A DNA stretch of 64,000 nucleotides from Mobula hypostoma. Lineage: Eukaryota. The DNA is taken from assembly GCF_963921235.1 (NCBI RefSeq), contig NC_086097.1, forward strand, positions 89,902,001-89,966,000. The letters run 5' to 3'. The position numbers were made by a program, and so were the translations under genes. Positions 13,393-25,510 of the stretch are shown piece by piece (position 1 is the stretch's first letter; every line of letters begins with the position of its first letter). Under the pieces are notes generated by a model. It searched no databases, was not told the DNA's origin, and saw only the letters and a list, made by a program, of their open reading frames with translations.

Positions 13393-16300
13393 TTCTAAGG
13401 TATCAGAAAAGCCTAAAAGAGCTTGTAAGGGTGTTACACTTAGCGTAAAACTAGACATAATTAAGCTTTTCGATTGTGGTAAACGAAGTAAGGACACAGT
13501 GAGTTTGGCTTGTGGAAGTTGACGAAGATGATGTTGAAGAGGTTTTGGCATCCCAAGACCAAGAACTGATAGATGAAGAGCTGATGCAATTGGAAGAGGA
13601 AAGGATAACAATCAAAACCAAATGCAGTAGCGAATGGACCGAAAGTGAAGTCGTCCAGGAACTGAACGTGAAGCAACTGCATGAGATGATAGAAAAATGC
13701 GCGAGGATAAGCAGTCAAGCATACTGTCATTTTTCAAGCCTTCCACTTCAGCCACAGCAGACGTCGAACCTTGACCTTCGACATCGAGGCAGGCAGACAT
13801 AGAAGAAGATGACCTGCCTGCCCTGATGGAAACAGACGACGATGAGATGACACCCCAGTGTCCCACCACCCCAACCCCTGGGCCACGGACCGATACATTG
13901 CCGTGGAGAATGCAGCGGTAGCCGGGGTGCACCCAACACATCTTCAAGAAAAAGGCTGAAATAAACAAGGTAATTAATTAGGTGCCGCCCGGCGCGTAAA
14001 TGTTGGCCCAGATCAGAGGCAATTGCCGATTGCGCCGCCTCTGGTCTGGGCCGACGTTTATGTGCCGGGCAGCACCTAATTAATTAGCTTGTTTATTTCG
14101 GCTTTTTTCTTAAAGATATGCTGGGTGTGTCTCGGCCACCACTGGACCCCTGCATTCTCCGCGAATCGGTATCGGTTTGCTGCCCAGAGGTTGGGGGCCA
14201 CTGCACCACCCCAACCTCTGACGACTCAGCCTAACACACCATCTTCAGTTTGCTTGGCGCTGTCTTCCCAATTCCGCTAAGTGATACTACACTGTGCATA
14301 CATTATTTTTACTTTATATAGGCTGTGTATTTTTATGTGTTATTTGGTATAATTTGGCAGCTTCATAGCTTAAAGGTTACTGGAGAGAGTGTTTCTGCCG
14401 AGAGCGCTTGCGTGAGATTTTTGCTACAGAGAACAGTGTGGCAATGATTGTAGAAAAGTATTTCTACTTTATATAGGCTGTGTATCTATCATATCATTCC
14501 TGCTTTTACTATATGTTACTGTTATTTTAGGTTTTATGTGTTGTTTGGTTTGATTTGGTAGGTTATTTTTTGGGTCTGCGAACGCTCACAAATTTTTCCC
14601 AAATAAATAAATGGTAATTGCTTCTTCACTTTATGACATTCCAGCTTATGAACCGTTTCATAGGAACGCTCTACCTTCGGATGGCGGGGGAAACCTGTAT
14701 TCCGTAATCTCATCCCTAACAATCGATTCCAAAAACTTTCTAACCACTGATGTCAGGCTAACAGGTCTATAGTTTCCTTTCTGCTGCCTCCCACCCTTCT
14801 TAAATAACGGAGTAACATTTGCAATTTTCCAGTAATCTGGTACATTGCCAGAATCTATCGATTCTTGAAAGGTCATCATTAATGCCTCTGCAATTTCTCC
14901 AGCTACTTCCTTCAGAACCCAAGGGTGCATACCATCAGGTCCAGGAGATTTATCCACCCTCAGACCATTAAGCTTCCTGAGCACCTTCTCAGTTGTAATT
15001 TTCACTGCACATACTTCATTTCCCTGACACTTTTGAATGTCCGGTATACTGCAGATGTCTTCCACTGTGAAAACTAATGCAAAATACGCATTCAGTTTCT
15101 CTGCCATCTCTGCATCTCTCATTACAGTATCTGCAGTGTCATTTTCTATTGGTCCTATATCTACCCTCAACTCTCTTTTACCCTGTATATACTTAAAAAA
15201 GCTTTCAGTATCTTTTTTGATATTAGTCACCAGCTTCCTTTCATAATTCATCTTTTCCTTCCTAATGACCTTCTTAGTTTCCCTCTGCAAGTTTTTAAAA
15301 GCTTCCCAATCCTCTGTCTTCCCATTAGCTTTGGCTCCCTTGTATGCCCTCTCTTTTGCTTTTACTTTGGCACTGACTTTACTTGTTAGCCATAGTAGTG
15401 TCCTTCTTTCATTTGAAAATTTCTTCTTATTTGGAATATATCTGCCTTGCACTTCCCTCATTTTTCACAGAAACTCCAGCCACTGCTGTCCTTCCTGCTA
15501 GTGTCCCTTTTCAGTCAACCTTGGCCAGTTCCCCTCTCATGCCATTGTAATTTCCTTTATTCCACTGAAATACTGACACATTGGAATTTAGTTTCTCCTT
15601 CTCAAATTTCAAAGTGAACTTTATCATATTGTGATCACTGCTCCCTAAGTGCTCCTTAACCTTAAGCTCTATTATCACCTCCAGATCATTGCACAACACC
15701 CATTCCAGCACAGCCGATCCCCTAGTGGGCTCAACAACAAGCTGTTCTAAAAAGCAATCCTTTAGACATTCTATAAATTCTCTCTCTTGAGGTCCAGTAC
15801 TGGCCTGGTTTTCCCAATCCACTTTCATGTTAAAATCCCCAATGATTATCATAACATTTCCTTCTGACACGCCTTTTCTATCTCCTGCTGTAAATTGTTA
15901 TCCGGCTGCTGTTGGGAGGCCTGCATACAACTGCCATTAGGCTCCTTTTACCCTTGCCAATTCTTAACTCAACCCATAGAGACTCTACACCTTCTGATCC
16001 TACGCCATCCCTTTCCAATGATTTAATATTATTTCTCATACACAAGGCCACACTACCCTCTCTGCCTACTAACCTATCTTTCCAATACACCGAATATCCT
16101 TGGACATTCAACACCCAATGGCAGCCATCCTTTAGCCGAGTTTCAGAGATGGCCACAACCTCATACTTGCCAATCTGTAGCTGAATTTCAAGGTCGTCCA
16201 TTTTATTTCTGATGCTGTGCGCATTCAAACACAACACTTTCAGTCCAGTATTTGTTGCTTTCTGTTTTAACTGCACCACACCTCTATTGCCCTGTAACTC

Positions 16301-16818
16301 ATCCCACTGGCTGTGATTATCCCTTATCTCCTGCCTGTCCTTTCTATCATCTCTGTTGCACGCTATCTTTGATTTATTTCTGTTTTCCCCTTCCTTAGCC
16401 CTATCACTCCGGTTCCCATCCCCCTGCCAAATTAATTTAAACCCTCCCTAACAGCTCTATTAAACCTGCTCGCTAGGATATTGGACCCCTTTGGGTTCAG
16501 GTGCAACCTGTCCTTTTTGTACAGGTCATACCTCCCCCAGAAGATGCCCCCCCAGTGATCCAGGAACCCGAAGCCCTGCCCCCTACACTAGTCTCTCAGC
16601 CGCGCATTAATATGCCTGATCATGCTCTTCTTGCGCTCGTTAGCACGTGGCACAGGCAGCAATCCTGAGATTACTACCCTGGAGCTTCCTACCCAACTCC
16701 CTGAATTCTCCTACAGGACCTCCTACCTTTTTCTACCTATGTCATTGGTACCAACGTGTACCAAGACTTCTGGCTGTTCATCCTCTCCCTTCAGAATACT
16801 CTAAATCCAATCTGACCA

Positions 16819-18099
16819 GTGAGTCTTGCTTCAGTTGTTGGTAAGTTGATGGAGAAGATCCTGAGAGGCAGGATTTATGAACATTTGGAGAGGTATAATA
16901 TGATTAGGAAAAGTCAGCATGGCTTTGTCAAAGGCAGGTCGTGCCTTGCGAGACTGATTGAACTTTTTGAGGATGTGACGAAACATGTTGATGAAGGGAG
17001 AGCAGTAGATGTAGTGTGTATGGATTTCAGCAAAGCATTTGATAAGGTACTCCATGCAAGGCTTATTAAGAAAATAAGGAGGCATGGGATCCAAAGGGAC
17101 CTTGCTTTGTGGATCCAGAATTGGCTTGCCCACAGAAGGCAAAGAGTAGTTGTAGATGGGTCATATTCTGCATGGAGGTTGGTCACCAGTGGTGTGCCTC
17201 AGGGATCTGTTCTGGGAATCCTTCTCTTCGTGATTTTTACAAATGACCTGGATGAGGAAGTGGAGGGATGGTTTATTAAATTTGCTGATGACACAAAGGT
17301 TGGGAGTGTTGTGGATAGTGTGGAGGACTGTCAGAGGTTACAGTGGGACATCGATAGGATGCAAAACTGGGCTGAGAAGTGGCAGATGGAGTTCAACCCA
17401 GATAAGTGTGAGGTGATTCATTTTGGTAGGTCAAATATTATGGCACAATATAGTATTAATGGTAAAACTCTTGGCAGTGTGGAGGATCAGAGGGATCTTG
17501 GGGTCCGAGTCCATAAGACACTCAAAGCTGCTGCGCAGTTTGACTCTGTTGGTAAAAAGGCATATGGTACATTGGCCTTCATCAACTGTGACGTTGAGTT
17601 CACGAGTCAAGAGGTAATGTTACAGCTATATAGGACCCTGGTCAGACCCCACTTGGAGTACTGTGCTCAGTTCTGGTCACCTCACTGCAGGAAGGATGTG
17701 GAAGCTATAGAAAGGGTGCAGAGGAGATTTACAAAGATGTTGCCTGGATTGGGGAGCATGCCTTATGAGAATAGGTTGAGTGAACTTGGCCTTTTCTCCT
17801 TGGAGTGGCGGAGGATGAGAGGTGACCTGATAGAGGTGTACAAGATGATGAGAGGCATTGATCATGTGGATAGTCAGAGGCTTTTTCCTAGGACTGAAAT
17901 GGCTAACACAAGAGGGCACAGTTTTAAGGTGCTTGGAAGTAGGTACAGAGGAGATGTCAGGGCTAAGTCTTTTACGCAGAGAGTGGTGAGTGCGTGGAAT
18001 GGGCTACCCGCAACAGTGGTGGAGGCGGATACGATAGGGTCTTTTAAGAGAGTCCTGAATAGGTACATGGAGCTTAGAAAAATAGAGGGCTATGGGTAA
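16819..18099 (+). pseudogene. Open 426-codon reverse transcriptase segment of CR1 'A'
   Basis: Motifs QHGF, DFSKAFDKV, GVPQGSVLG, FADDTK and RPHLEYC. The segment is cut off from its N-terminal half by the nested insertion. Confidence 0.9.
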
Positions 18100-18189
18100 C
18101 CTTAGGTAATTTCCAAAGTAAGTACATGTTCGGCACAGCATTGTGGGTCTGTATTGTGCTGTAGGTTTTCTATTTTTTTTCTTAGTCAG

Positions 18190-18650
18190 ATATATATAGC
18201 TAGGGTGCCTAAGACTTTTGCGCAGTACTGTAGAAATTTTATGTATTGTACCATACTGCTGCCGCAAAAAAATACAATTCATGACATACGTTGAGTGATG
18301 ATAAACCTGATTCTGATATGGGTCTCTGTTGTGGACTGAGAGCAGGGAGAGAGGTGTCATGGTTGGGAAAAGGCGAAGGGACAGGGGAGGGAGCGGGAAG
18401 CAACAGAGACATTCTGTAATGATCAATAAACCTATTGTTTGGAATCAAATGCGTCTGCACCCGCGCCATCCCCCACCCCTGGCATTCCTTCCCTGCCACC
18501 TGTCCCATACCCCTTCCGCTCCACCCTCACCATTCCCATCATACTTTGCTCCCGCCAGATTTACAAACCGGCTCTCCGCTCTATGTTGACAAATACAGTA
18601 CTGTGCAAAAGTCTTAGGCTCCTTGGCTATACGTATGTGCTGTACTGTGA
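18190..18650. repeat. Composite repeat bounded by Tc1-type TIR motifs
   Basis: cagtactgtgcaaaagtcttaggc-like motifs at both ends. An inverted copy of the same unit lies at about 36470-36930. Confidence 0.6.
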
Positions 18651-20044
18651 GCATAGCAGTTGGCCATTTCTGCCTCTGACTCTGTTCTCCATCAAGATCA
18701 TGACTGCATCACAGATATGGGGTCCAAGCATATAATCAGGCACATACCCACAACTTCAGCCTTGATATGCTATCTTCATTTCTCCTGTCACAGGTGCTAT
18801 TATAAGAGAAATAGAGCGTCTGTGAGAAGAGAAATAGAACTAACATTTCTCTTAGTTGTGACCTTTCTGATGAAGGGTCTTTGACCTGAAACATTCACTT
18901 GCTTTCAATCTCCACAGATGTTCTCTGACCTGCTGAGTGTTTCCAGCAATTTCCGATTTTATTTCAGCTTTGCAATCCTTTCTTGTGTCAGTCAGTTCTG
19001 ACTCATTAGTTTCAGTGTAAGCTCATCACCCTGAGGCTGGTTTCAGGCAGCTCCAGAAGTCAATATTTGCAAAAACGAAATAGCAGCCTGCATTACAGCA
19101 CAAGAGTTCTGTTTGCAATTACAAGGCACACACGTCAATCAGATAAAATATCTGTGGCTTAAGGAAGCTGCAGGACCACCTAATCTGTATTCATATATTC
19201 CACAAAGCGATCACATAGTCTGTGTTTCATTTGTCCAATGCAGAAGAGACCACATTGTGACCTCCAAGCATAATACACCAGACAGGAAGAAATACAAACA
19301 AATTGATGTTTCACAAGGGATACCAACGCTGGAAAGAGAAGTGAAGAGACAGGTGTTGCATCTATTAAATACCCTTCATTATCCCCTGAGCAGCTCTATT
19401 ATTCTGATCTCAAACACCTATTAGTGTGCTTGACTTCAAGTGTTCATAAGTGAACAATCCGATGAGATCTGTAAGCTTTAAGAATGGGAAGAGCTGTTTG
19501 CCTTGAAGGTATTAGGACTCTAAAGATTCATCCCCAGATGCAGCAGGTGTTGAGCTTGAAGGCTGTTTGGACAACGAAGACTAAGATTCATATTTTCTGT
19601 AAAACTTGCTGGTAATGATGACAGGTGAATTTACTCAATGATGCCTGTGGTTTTATTGATCTGTCTAGCTGAAACTAAGATCTGAATTGGGGGCTTTAGT
19701 TTGCTGATTGTGGAAAGTTTGTGTCCACTCAAAGCAAAGTAGTTTTCTGGAAACCACTTATACTTGCAGTATATCCAGCAATGGAAGTTTATAGTAATTG
19801 ATTGTATTACGTTGATTGAAGGCTATTTGCAAGATATGATCTTGCAGGTGAGTGAGCATTTAAGAAAGTGTATGCAGTAGGGCAGAGTTAGGGGGAGCTG
19901 GAAGAATCTTGATCTCTCGTTCCACCTTATCATGGCACTTCATCTGTGTACATGCATTGCACTTCCTTTTAAACTGTGATACTTTTATTCTGAATTGCTT
20001 CTTTTCCTTTGGTGCTACTTTGATGTAATTATGTCTGGAATGAT

Positions 20045-20260
20045 GGGGCAGCACAGTAGCATAGCAGTTAGCCAGTGCTAGCAAGCCGGGTTCAAATCTG
20101 CCACTCTCTGTAAGGAGACTGTACGTTCTCCCTGTGGCCACGTGGGTACTCCGGTTTCCTCCCACATTCCAAAGACATAGGGGTCCGTGGGTTAATTGGT
20201 CACATGGGTGTATTTGGGCAGCACCAGCTTGTTGGGCAGAGTGGCCTCTTACCGTGTTGT
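20045..20260 (+). mobile_element. V-SINE-like element
   Basis: A-box/B-box-like head and ctccggtttcctcccacattccaaagac core. Confidence 0.65.
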
Positions 20261-20261
20261 T

Positions 20262-20550
20262 AAAGGCATCTGTTAGTCTTGTGATCTGCGCCTAGAAAGT
20301 CTTCACTCTCCAGGGTGCAGGCCTGGGCAAGGTTGTATGGAAGACTGGCAGTCGCCCATGCTGCAAGTCTCCCCTCTCCACGACACCGATGTTGTCCAAG
20401 GGAGAGGCCGATACAGCTTGGCACCGGCGTTGTCGCAGAGCACTGTGTGGTTAAGTGCCTTGCTCAAGGACACAACACGCTGCCTCGGCTGGGGCTCAAA
20501 CTCACGACCTTCAGGTCGCTAGTCGAATGCCTTAACCACTTGGCCACATA
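20262..20550 (-). mobile_element. tRNA-derived SINE (CORE-like domain)
   Basis: Minus-strand head gtggccaagtggttaaggc...agtttgagccc, then gtgtccttgagcaaggcacttaacc. A second copy lies at about 43930-44205. Confidence 0.65.
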
Positions 20551-21359
20551 CTGTGTTGTACCTCAAGATAAATAAATCAGTCTGTCTGCATGGCCTGCAA
20601 ACTGAAGCTCTCCACTGTATCACATTACATATGGCAACAGTAAACCAATCACTATCCAGGAACAAACGCTGCCTCACGATAGCCCCAGTTTGATGATGTG
20701 AGTTCCTGTTGCTGAGGATCTGGACTGAGTTCCTCCTAGTCTTCACCATCTTCCTCTTCCTCTTGCTCCGGCAGGTTATCCCAGAGTTGGGTTACACCCT
20801 GGCATTCCTGATGTCCTGTCAGCTGGTCCTCCTCATTCTCTACTTCGTCAGGCTGTGCGTCAGCTTCTTTGACACCCAAGTAAATAAAAGCGTGGCAGAT
20901 AACAATGTAAGGTCTCCCTTTGCTGGGAGATAATGCAGAGTGCCACCACCGTGGGCACGGACAACAACTATTGAACATTGTGGCCTTTATCATGCCACTG
21001 GTAGTGGTGTGGCTGCCTTGTGCCAATGTTCTCCAGACCTGCCAGTGGACTGCACAGCCACTTCAGTTAAGGAAAAGCCCTGCTCCCCCAGAATCTCTCC
21101 TCCAAGACAGTGTGGACTCCAGAAGGCAAAAAGTAGCTATAGATATCGATGAGTGGGTGAGTTTTGTGAGCTGCCGGCATGGATGGAGTTGATGATTGGG
21201 AAGGTTCTTTGGTGGTCTGCCATTGAGTCAGAGTTATCCAGTGGGGTAAAGGATCCTTCAGCATACTGAATCCATAATGACCATCAAATATCCACACACT
21301 CACCCTGCACAGCTCACAGCTTTTCCTCCCCACATACCCATCAACAGTAAGGTGTAGGT

Positions 21360-22236
21360 CAGGGGTCGGCAACCTTTTGGCCTCTGTGGGCCAGATCAAT
21401 TATTAATGAGCGGACGGTAGGCCAGATAAATGCCATAAAAAAACTTGAAATATGGGAATTATTCATGTAAATACATCTAGTTATGTTTTGCCTCAAATTA
21501 ATGAATAATGCATGCTAGAAAATCATTTGCGCTTAACCAAGGATGCCAATTAGTAATCAAAGAACTCAGTTTAGTTGCAGTTTAGGCTCTTTTGAATCTA
21601 TTAAAAGGACGCAAAGAATGTTTAAACATAAAACTTACGAATATGATGCATTGAATGGTGGTAAATTAAGTATAATAAAAAAGAAAATTTTAATGCAGTC
21701 AATAACTCAATGTGAAACTTGATGCTGTTTGTTGTAATTTAGTGTCCAAGTGTCTTGGAAATTACGGCACTCTGTGTCTACCTTCCTGCATTTTGCATTC
21801 ATTGCCATTGGAATTTTTTTCTTCGATTTTATTTTGAAACATGAGTTATTCAACAAGTATTGTAGCACATGTTAATATCTCGATATTTAGCGTGGATTTC
21901 TTTAACACTTCTTGCTAAAACAAAGTGACGCTGTTTCTGTTTACAAATTTGAATGACCCCATCTGAAAACCTGCGCGTGCACGGAGAGTATCTAATATAT
22001 ATTAATAAGGTAGCCTGCCTTCCCGTCATTCATATATACCAGTGTTTGGTTTGGAACAAAATGGAACCTACAGCCAGAGTAACAAGACGCCATGCATATC
22101 CATGTGAAACACTCAGAATAAGGAAAAAGCGCTTACAGGTCAGATAAGCATAGTATCCCAATATTTCCTAGCGGGCTGGTCAAAATACCTTTGAGGGCCA
22201 GATCCGGCCCGCGGGGCCATAGGTTGCCTACCCCTG
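21360..22236. mobile_element. hAT non-autonomous element
   Basis: TIRs CAGGGGTCGGCAACCT / AGGTTGCCTACCCCTG and exact 8-bp TSD GTGTAGGT (21352-21359, 22237-22244). Confidence 0.92.
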
Positions 22237-22476
22237 GTGTAGGTAGAGAGAATGCATTCCCTTCCTCTCACGAAAGGCTTTTGTGTTGTGAATGGCAGCT
22301 GTACGAATCACATTAGCAATACCCATAGACCTTGTGCTTGACACAGCCTTCAAGGGCAACAAATTCCCATGCATTGTTTGCCTAATCGGGAAAGCTGAAG
22401 AAGACAGAGTCAGAGTGCAACAAAGTAGGCCCTTTGGCCTACTGATGATAGACGTTGCCATTGTACTGCCAGCTCC

Positions 22477-22790
22477 CATAAGACCATCAGATATAGAAGC
22501 AGAATTAGGCCATTTGGTCCATCAAGTCTGCTTTGCCATTTCTTCATGGCGGATCTATTTATCTCTTAGCCCCATTCTCATGCCTTCTCCCCGTAACCTT
22601 TCATGCCCTGACTAATCAAGAATCTATCAACCTCTGCCTTAAATATACCCAATGACTTGGCCTCCACAGCTGCCTGTGGCAAAGAATTCCACAGATTCAC
22701 CACTCACTGTCTAAAGAGATTCCTCCTCATCTCTGTCCTAAATGGACACCCCCCTATTCTGAGGCTGTGTCCTCTTGTCCTAGGCTCCAC
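22477..22790 (-). mobile_element. CR1 3' fragment
   Basis: Similar to 9007-9320, including the ataagacc tail. Confidence 0.8.
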
Positions 22791-23679
22791 ATCCTCTCCA
22801 CATGTATCAGACTATCCATTGTCACAGACACCTCATGTACCACACTGTAAATAGTTGGTAGTCCGCACAGAGTTGTTGATCCAAAGGGCCTGTTTCTTTC
22901 TATGACTCTAATGCTTTAACAGGACTAAACACAGAAAATTCTGCAGATGCTGGAAATCCAGAAGTAATACATACAAAATGCTGGAGGAGCTTGGCATCTA
23001 TGGAGAGAAACAAACAGAGTCTGATGAAGAGTCTCAGTCCAAAACATTGACTGTTTTTCTCTCTCCATAGACGCTGCCTGACCTGCTGAGTTCTTCCAGC
23101 ATTTTGTGTGTGTTGCTGTTTCAAAAACAGCCTACTAGGTGAGAGGTGATAATCGCTGGTTGTCCTTCAACAGAGCCCTGAGGGTAAAACATTGCAGAGC
23201 GAGGCTCACAGCAAAGCTTTGTAAACACAATCGCTAAGCTTTCAGGCTGGCAACATTATCACAGGTGTCTGGCAAGACTGTCAATCATTTCTCTCCTGGC
23301 AACCTAAACACAACAGAGAAATGACGTTATTTCCAGCAGAGCACAGACTAAGTAACAACAAATACTTCCTTTCAAGTGGGATTGGGGCACTTCACTTGTA
23401 GAAATCACTTGCACAGATTTAAGAGATGGACAAATGGCTTATTGTTTTTACTGCCAACCTCCCCAAAGCTAGTTTCATAATAGGTGCTGTCACAGTACTC
23501 AGACACAATCATAATTACTGATCTGATGCAGCCCAATCACAGGACTGGTAGATGCTGGGGCCTCAATAGCCAGTTTCAATACTGTGGGGTTCTTTAGTTT
23601 CACATGGCAACAGTGAGTACAGGGTACTCTGTCCTACACGTTGCATTAGTCAAAGAACTAAACAAACTTCACAAACTGC

Positions 23680-25510
23680 TTGGTCACACTACCCATAGTT
23701 GTACTGCTAGATCAGTCTAGCAGCATTAGTAATGACATAGATCCAGTAGCCTTGGCCAAGATCAAATCACAACGTGAGTCATTTGCAATTACTACTTGTG
23801 CCACTTGTGTCACTTTGATTACAGTCATAACTGTAGTTCAATGTGTCAGAGACAAAGCCCTGGTCACCACATGTGGCATACTAACACATTTATGGTGTTG
23901 GTCAGGGTAGCCCAAGACAATGTCAGAGTCAAGGTTAAGTTTACTGCCACACACAGTTCGAGTGTCAGGCAGTGAGTCAGTCAATGCTGGTGACCACAGG
24001 CTGCTAATTTTTTAGAAATTTATTCCTTTATGGGATGTGGACATGGATGTAAGCCAGCATTTATTGCCCATCCCTAGTTGCCCTTGAGAAGGTGTTGATG
24101 AGCGGCCTTCCTGAACTGCTGCAGCCCCTGAGGTGTAGGTACACCCACAGTGCTGTCAGGGAGGGAATTCCATGATCTTGACCCAGCGACAATGAAAGAA
24201 CGGTGATATGTTTCCAAGTCAGGATGGTGAGTGACTTGGAGGGGGATTTCCAATTACCAATGGGTTATCTTCCCCACAGTTACAGTGCTGGGTGCCATAT
24301 GGACCAGTCACAGGGCTGTTCGCAGCAAGGACCAAAGACCTGATTTCCACAGAGAAACTAAGAGTGACAGCTGTAGAAACATGACCCGTAGACCAGCATT
24401 GTAATTTGGCCTGGTGGGGCGCATGTATGACTCATGCAGCAACTAGTGCTGTGATTGCAGTGCTTTTGGAGGGTTGATCATCAGGATGCCATTCTGTTTT
24501 GTACAAGGGGGTTGTGGGTTTGATGTTTCTCTCCAAATAACTTTCATGTTCTTTCTTTGTTTCATAGCTATCTTGGGAAACACAAATTTCAGAGTTGTAT
24601 ACAGATTCATGCTTCAATAATAACAAATGAACCTAAGAACAAAGGTTCAAAGGTTAATTTTATTGTAAAAGTATGCATGTACAATGCAACCCTGGTATTC
24701 GTCTTCTCCAGATAGCCACGAAATATAGAAAAACCATGGGTGTAGTTGAAAGAAAAGACATCAACTTCCCCCCCCCAAAATATGGTACAGAAAACTGGCA
24801 AACTCAAAACCCCCAACCCCTCCCTCGCACAAAAACCAACTTATCGCCCATCTGGAAAACGGCAGCTAAAACATCAAAAACCCCAAACCCACAACTCATG
24901 GGTGAACCGACAGCACTGAAAGCGCTGGTGGCCGTGTGGGACAAACCAGGCACTTGATAGTGCTGATTGATGTATGGATCACATTGGACATTGTCATTGT
25001 ATTGGTCATAACATGGGTCACACCCAACCACCCAGCTATGGTCACCGCACTTGTGACTCCACAGGTCACATCAGCTCAGCACATAACACACATTAGGCAA
25101 TCAGTGCTGCTCATCACCAGCGTTACACTAGCCAATCAGAGTTGCTCACACTGGCCAGCAGGAGTGCTGTCCACCATTTGGGTCAACACACACCTGGGTC
25201 ACCTTACCCACAGCGACAAGGCTGTACACCTGTCACACTATCAGTATCGGTCACCTCATAAGTTACACAAAATCTCAGCCGATATTCAGCTCACTATTTT
25301 GCTCACACCAGCTACAGTCACAGTACTGGCCAGCGCGTAGGTTGTACGAGCCACAGATACCGTGATGGTCCCCACAAGGACTTCACAAGCCCCAATCACA
25401 GTGACGGCCGCAGATTAGGTTATGCTGTGGCCCTCTCATGAGTCACACTGTCAGCTGTCTAAGTGTTCATCACCCATTTGTCACACCGGCCAGAGTCAAC
25501 ACTTGTTTCA
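23680..25510. repeat. Decayed minisatellite-like region rich in GGTCAC/GTCACA/CAGTGCTG words, interrupted by LINE fragments
   Basis: Recurrent tggtcac, gtcaca and cagtgctg words with no coherent ORF. The period was not determined. Confidence 0.45.

Larger units (their letters stand above)
10324..14697 (+). mobile_element. Tigger/pogo-like non-autonomous DNA transposon carrying nested CR1, Penelope and hAT insertions
   Basis: Ends TA|CAGGTGTC...GGGGAAACCTG|TA. TIGD1-like remnants KRACKGVTLSVKLDIIK and EVDEDDVEEVLASQDQELIDEELMQL. Collinear with the uninterrupted copy at 38095-39727. Confidence 0.85.
9007..16812 (-). mobile_element. CR1 LINE 'B' (ORF1 3' end, ORF2, 3' tail), split by a Tigger-like insertion
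   Basis: ORF1 esterase-like end DRLHLNPKGSNILASRF (about 16435-16540). Endonuclease CLNAHSIRNK/GDFN/SDHN. RT interrupted at ...DEITEY (14698) and resuming below 10323. TAAGACCA-repeat tail at about 9002-9018. Confidence 0.9.
7905..18180 (+). mobile_element. CR1 LINE 'A' ORF2, split by a 7.8-kb nested insertion (9007-16812)
   Basis: Endonuclease motifs (VMGDINFP, PTRGEAVLDLV, SDHN) run up to PGNYRP at about 9005. The frame resumes as (P)VSLASVVGKL at about 16816. Confidence 0.9.
20640..23340 (-). pseudogene. Fossil PIF/Harbinger (HARBI1-like) transposase, interrupted by hAT, CR1 and Penelope insertions
   Basis: Ordered motif remnants across frameshifts: RREMIDSLARHL (about 23300, weak), GIANVI, FRERKGMHSL-(hAT)-LHLTVD, ILGEQGF/LKWLCSPL, SHTTTSGMIKAT, GGTLHYLPAK, an acidic tract, and GAIVRQRLF. 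Confidence 0.65.

Noticed and set aside
16819..18099. 426-aa RT ORF considered as an active or domesticated gene
   Set aside because: It is the severed 3' half of CR1-A with a GTG pseudo-start at the insertion junction. There is no evidence of its own promoter or splice sites.
20709..20933. Hydrophobic 74-aa ORF resembling a small membrane protein
   Set aside because: It is the antisense reading of the Glu/Asp-rich tail of the Harbinger transposase fossil.
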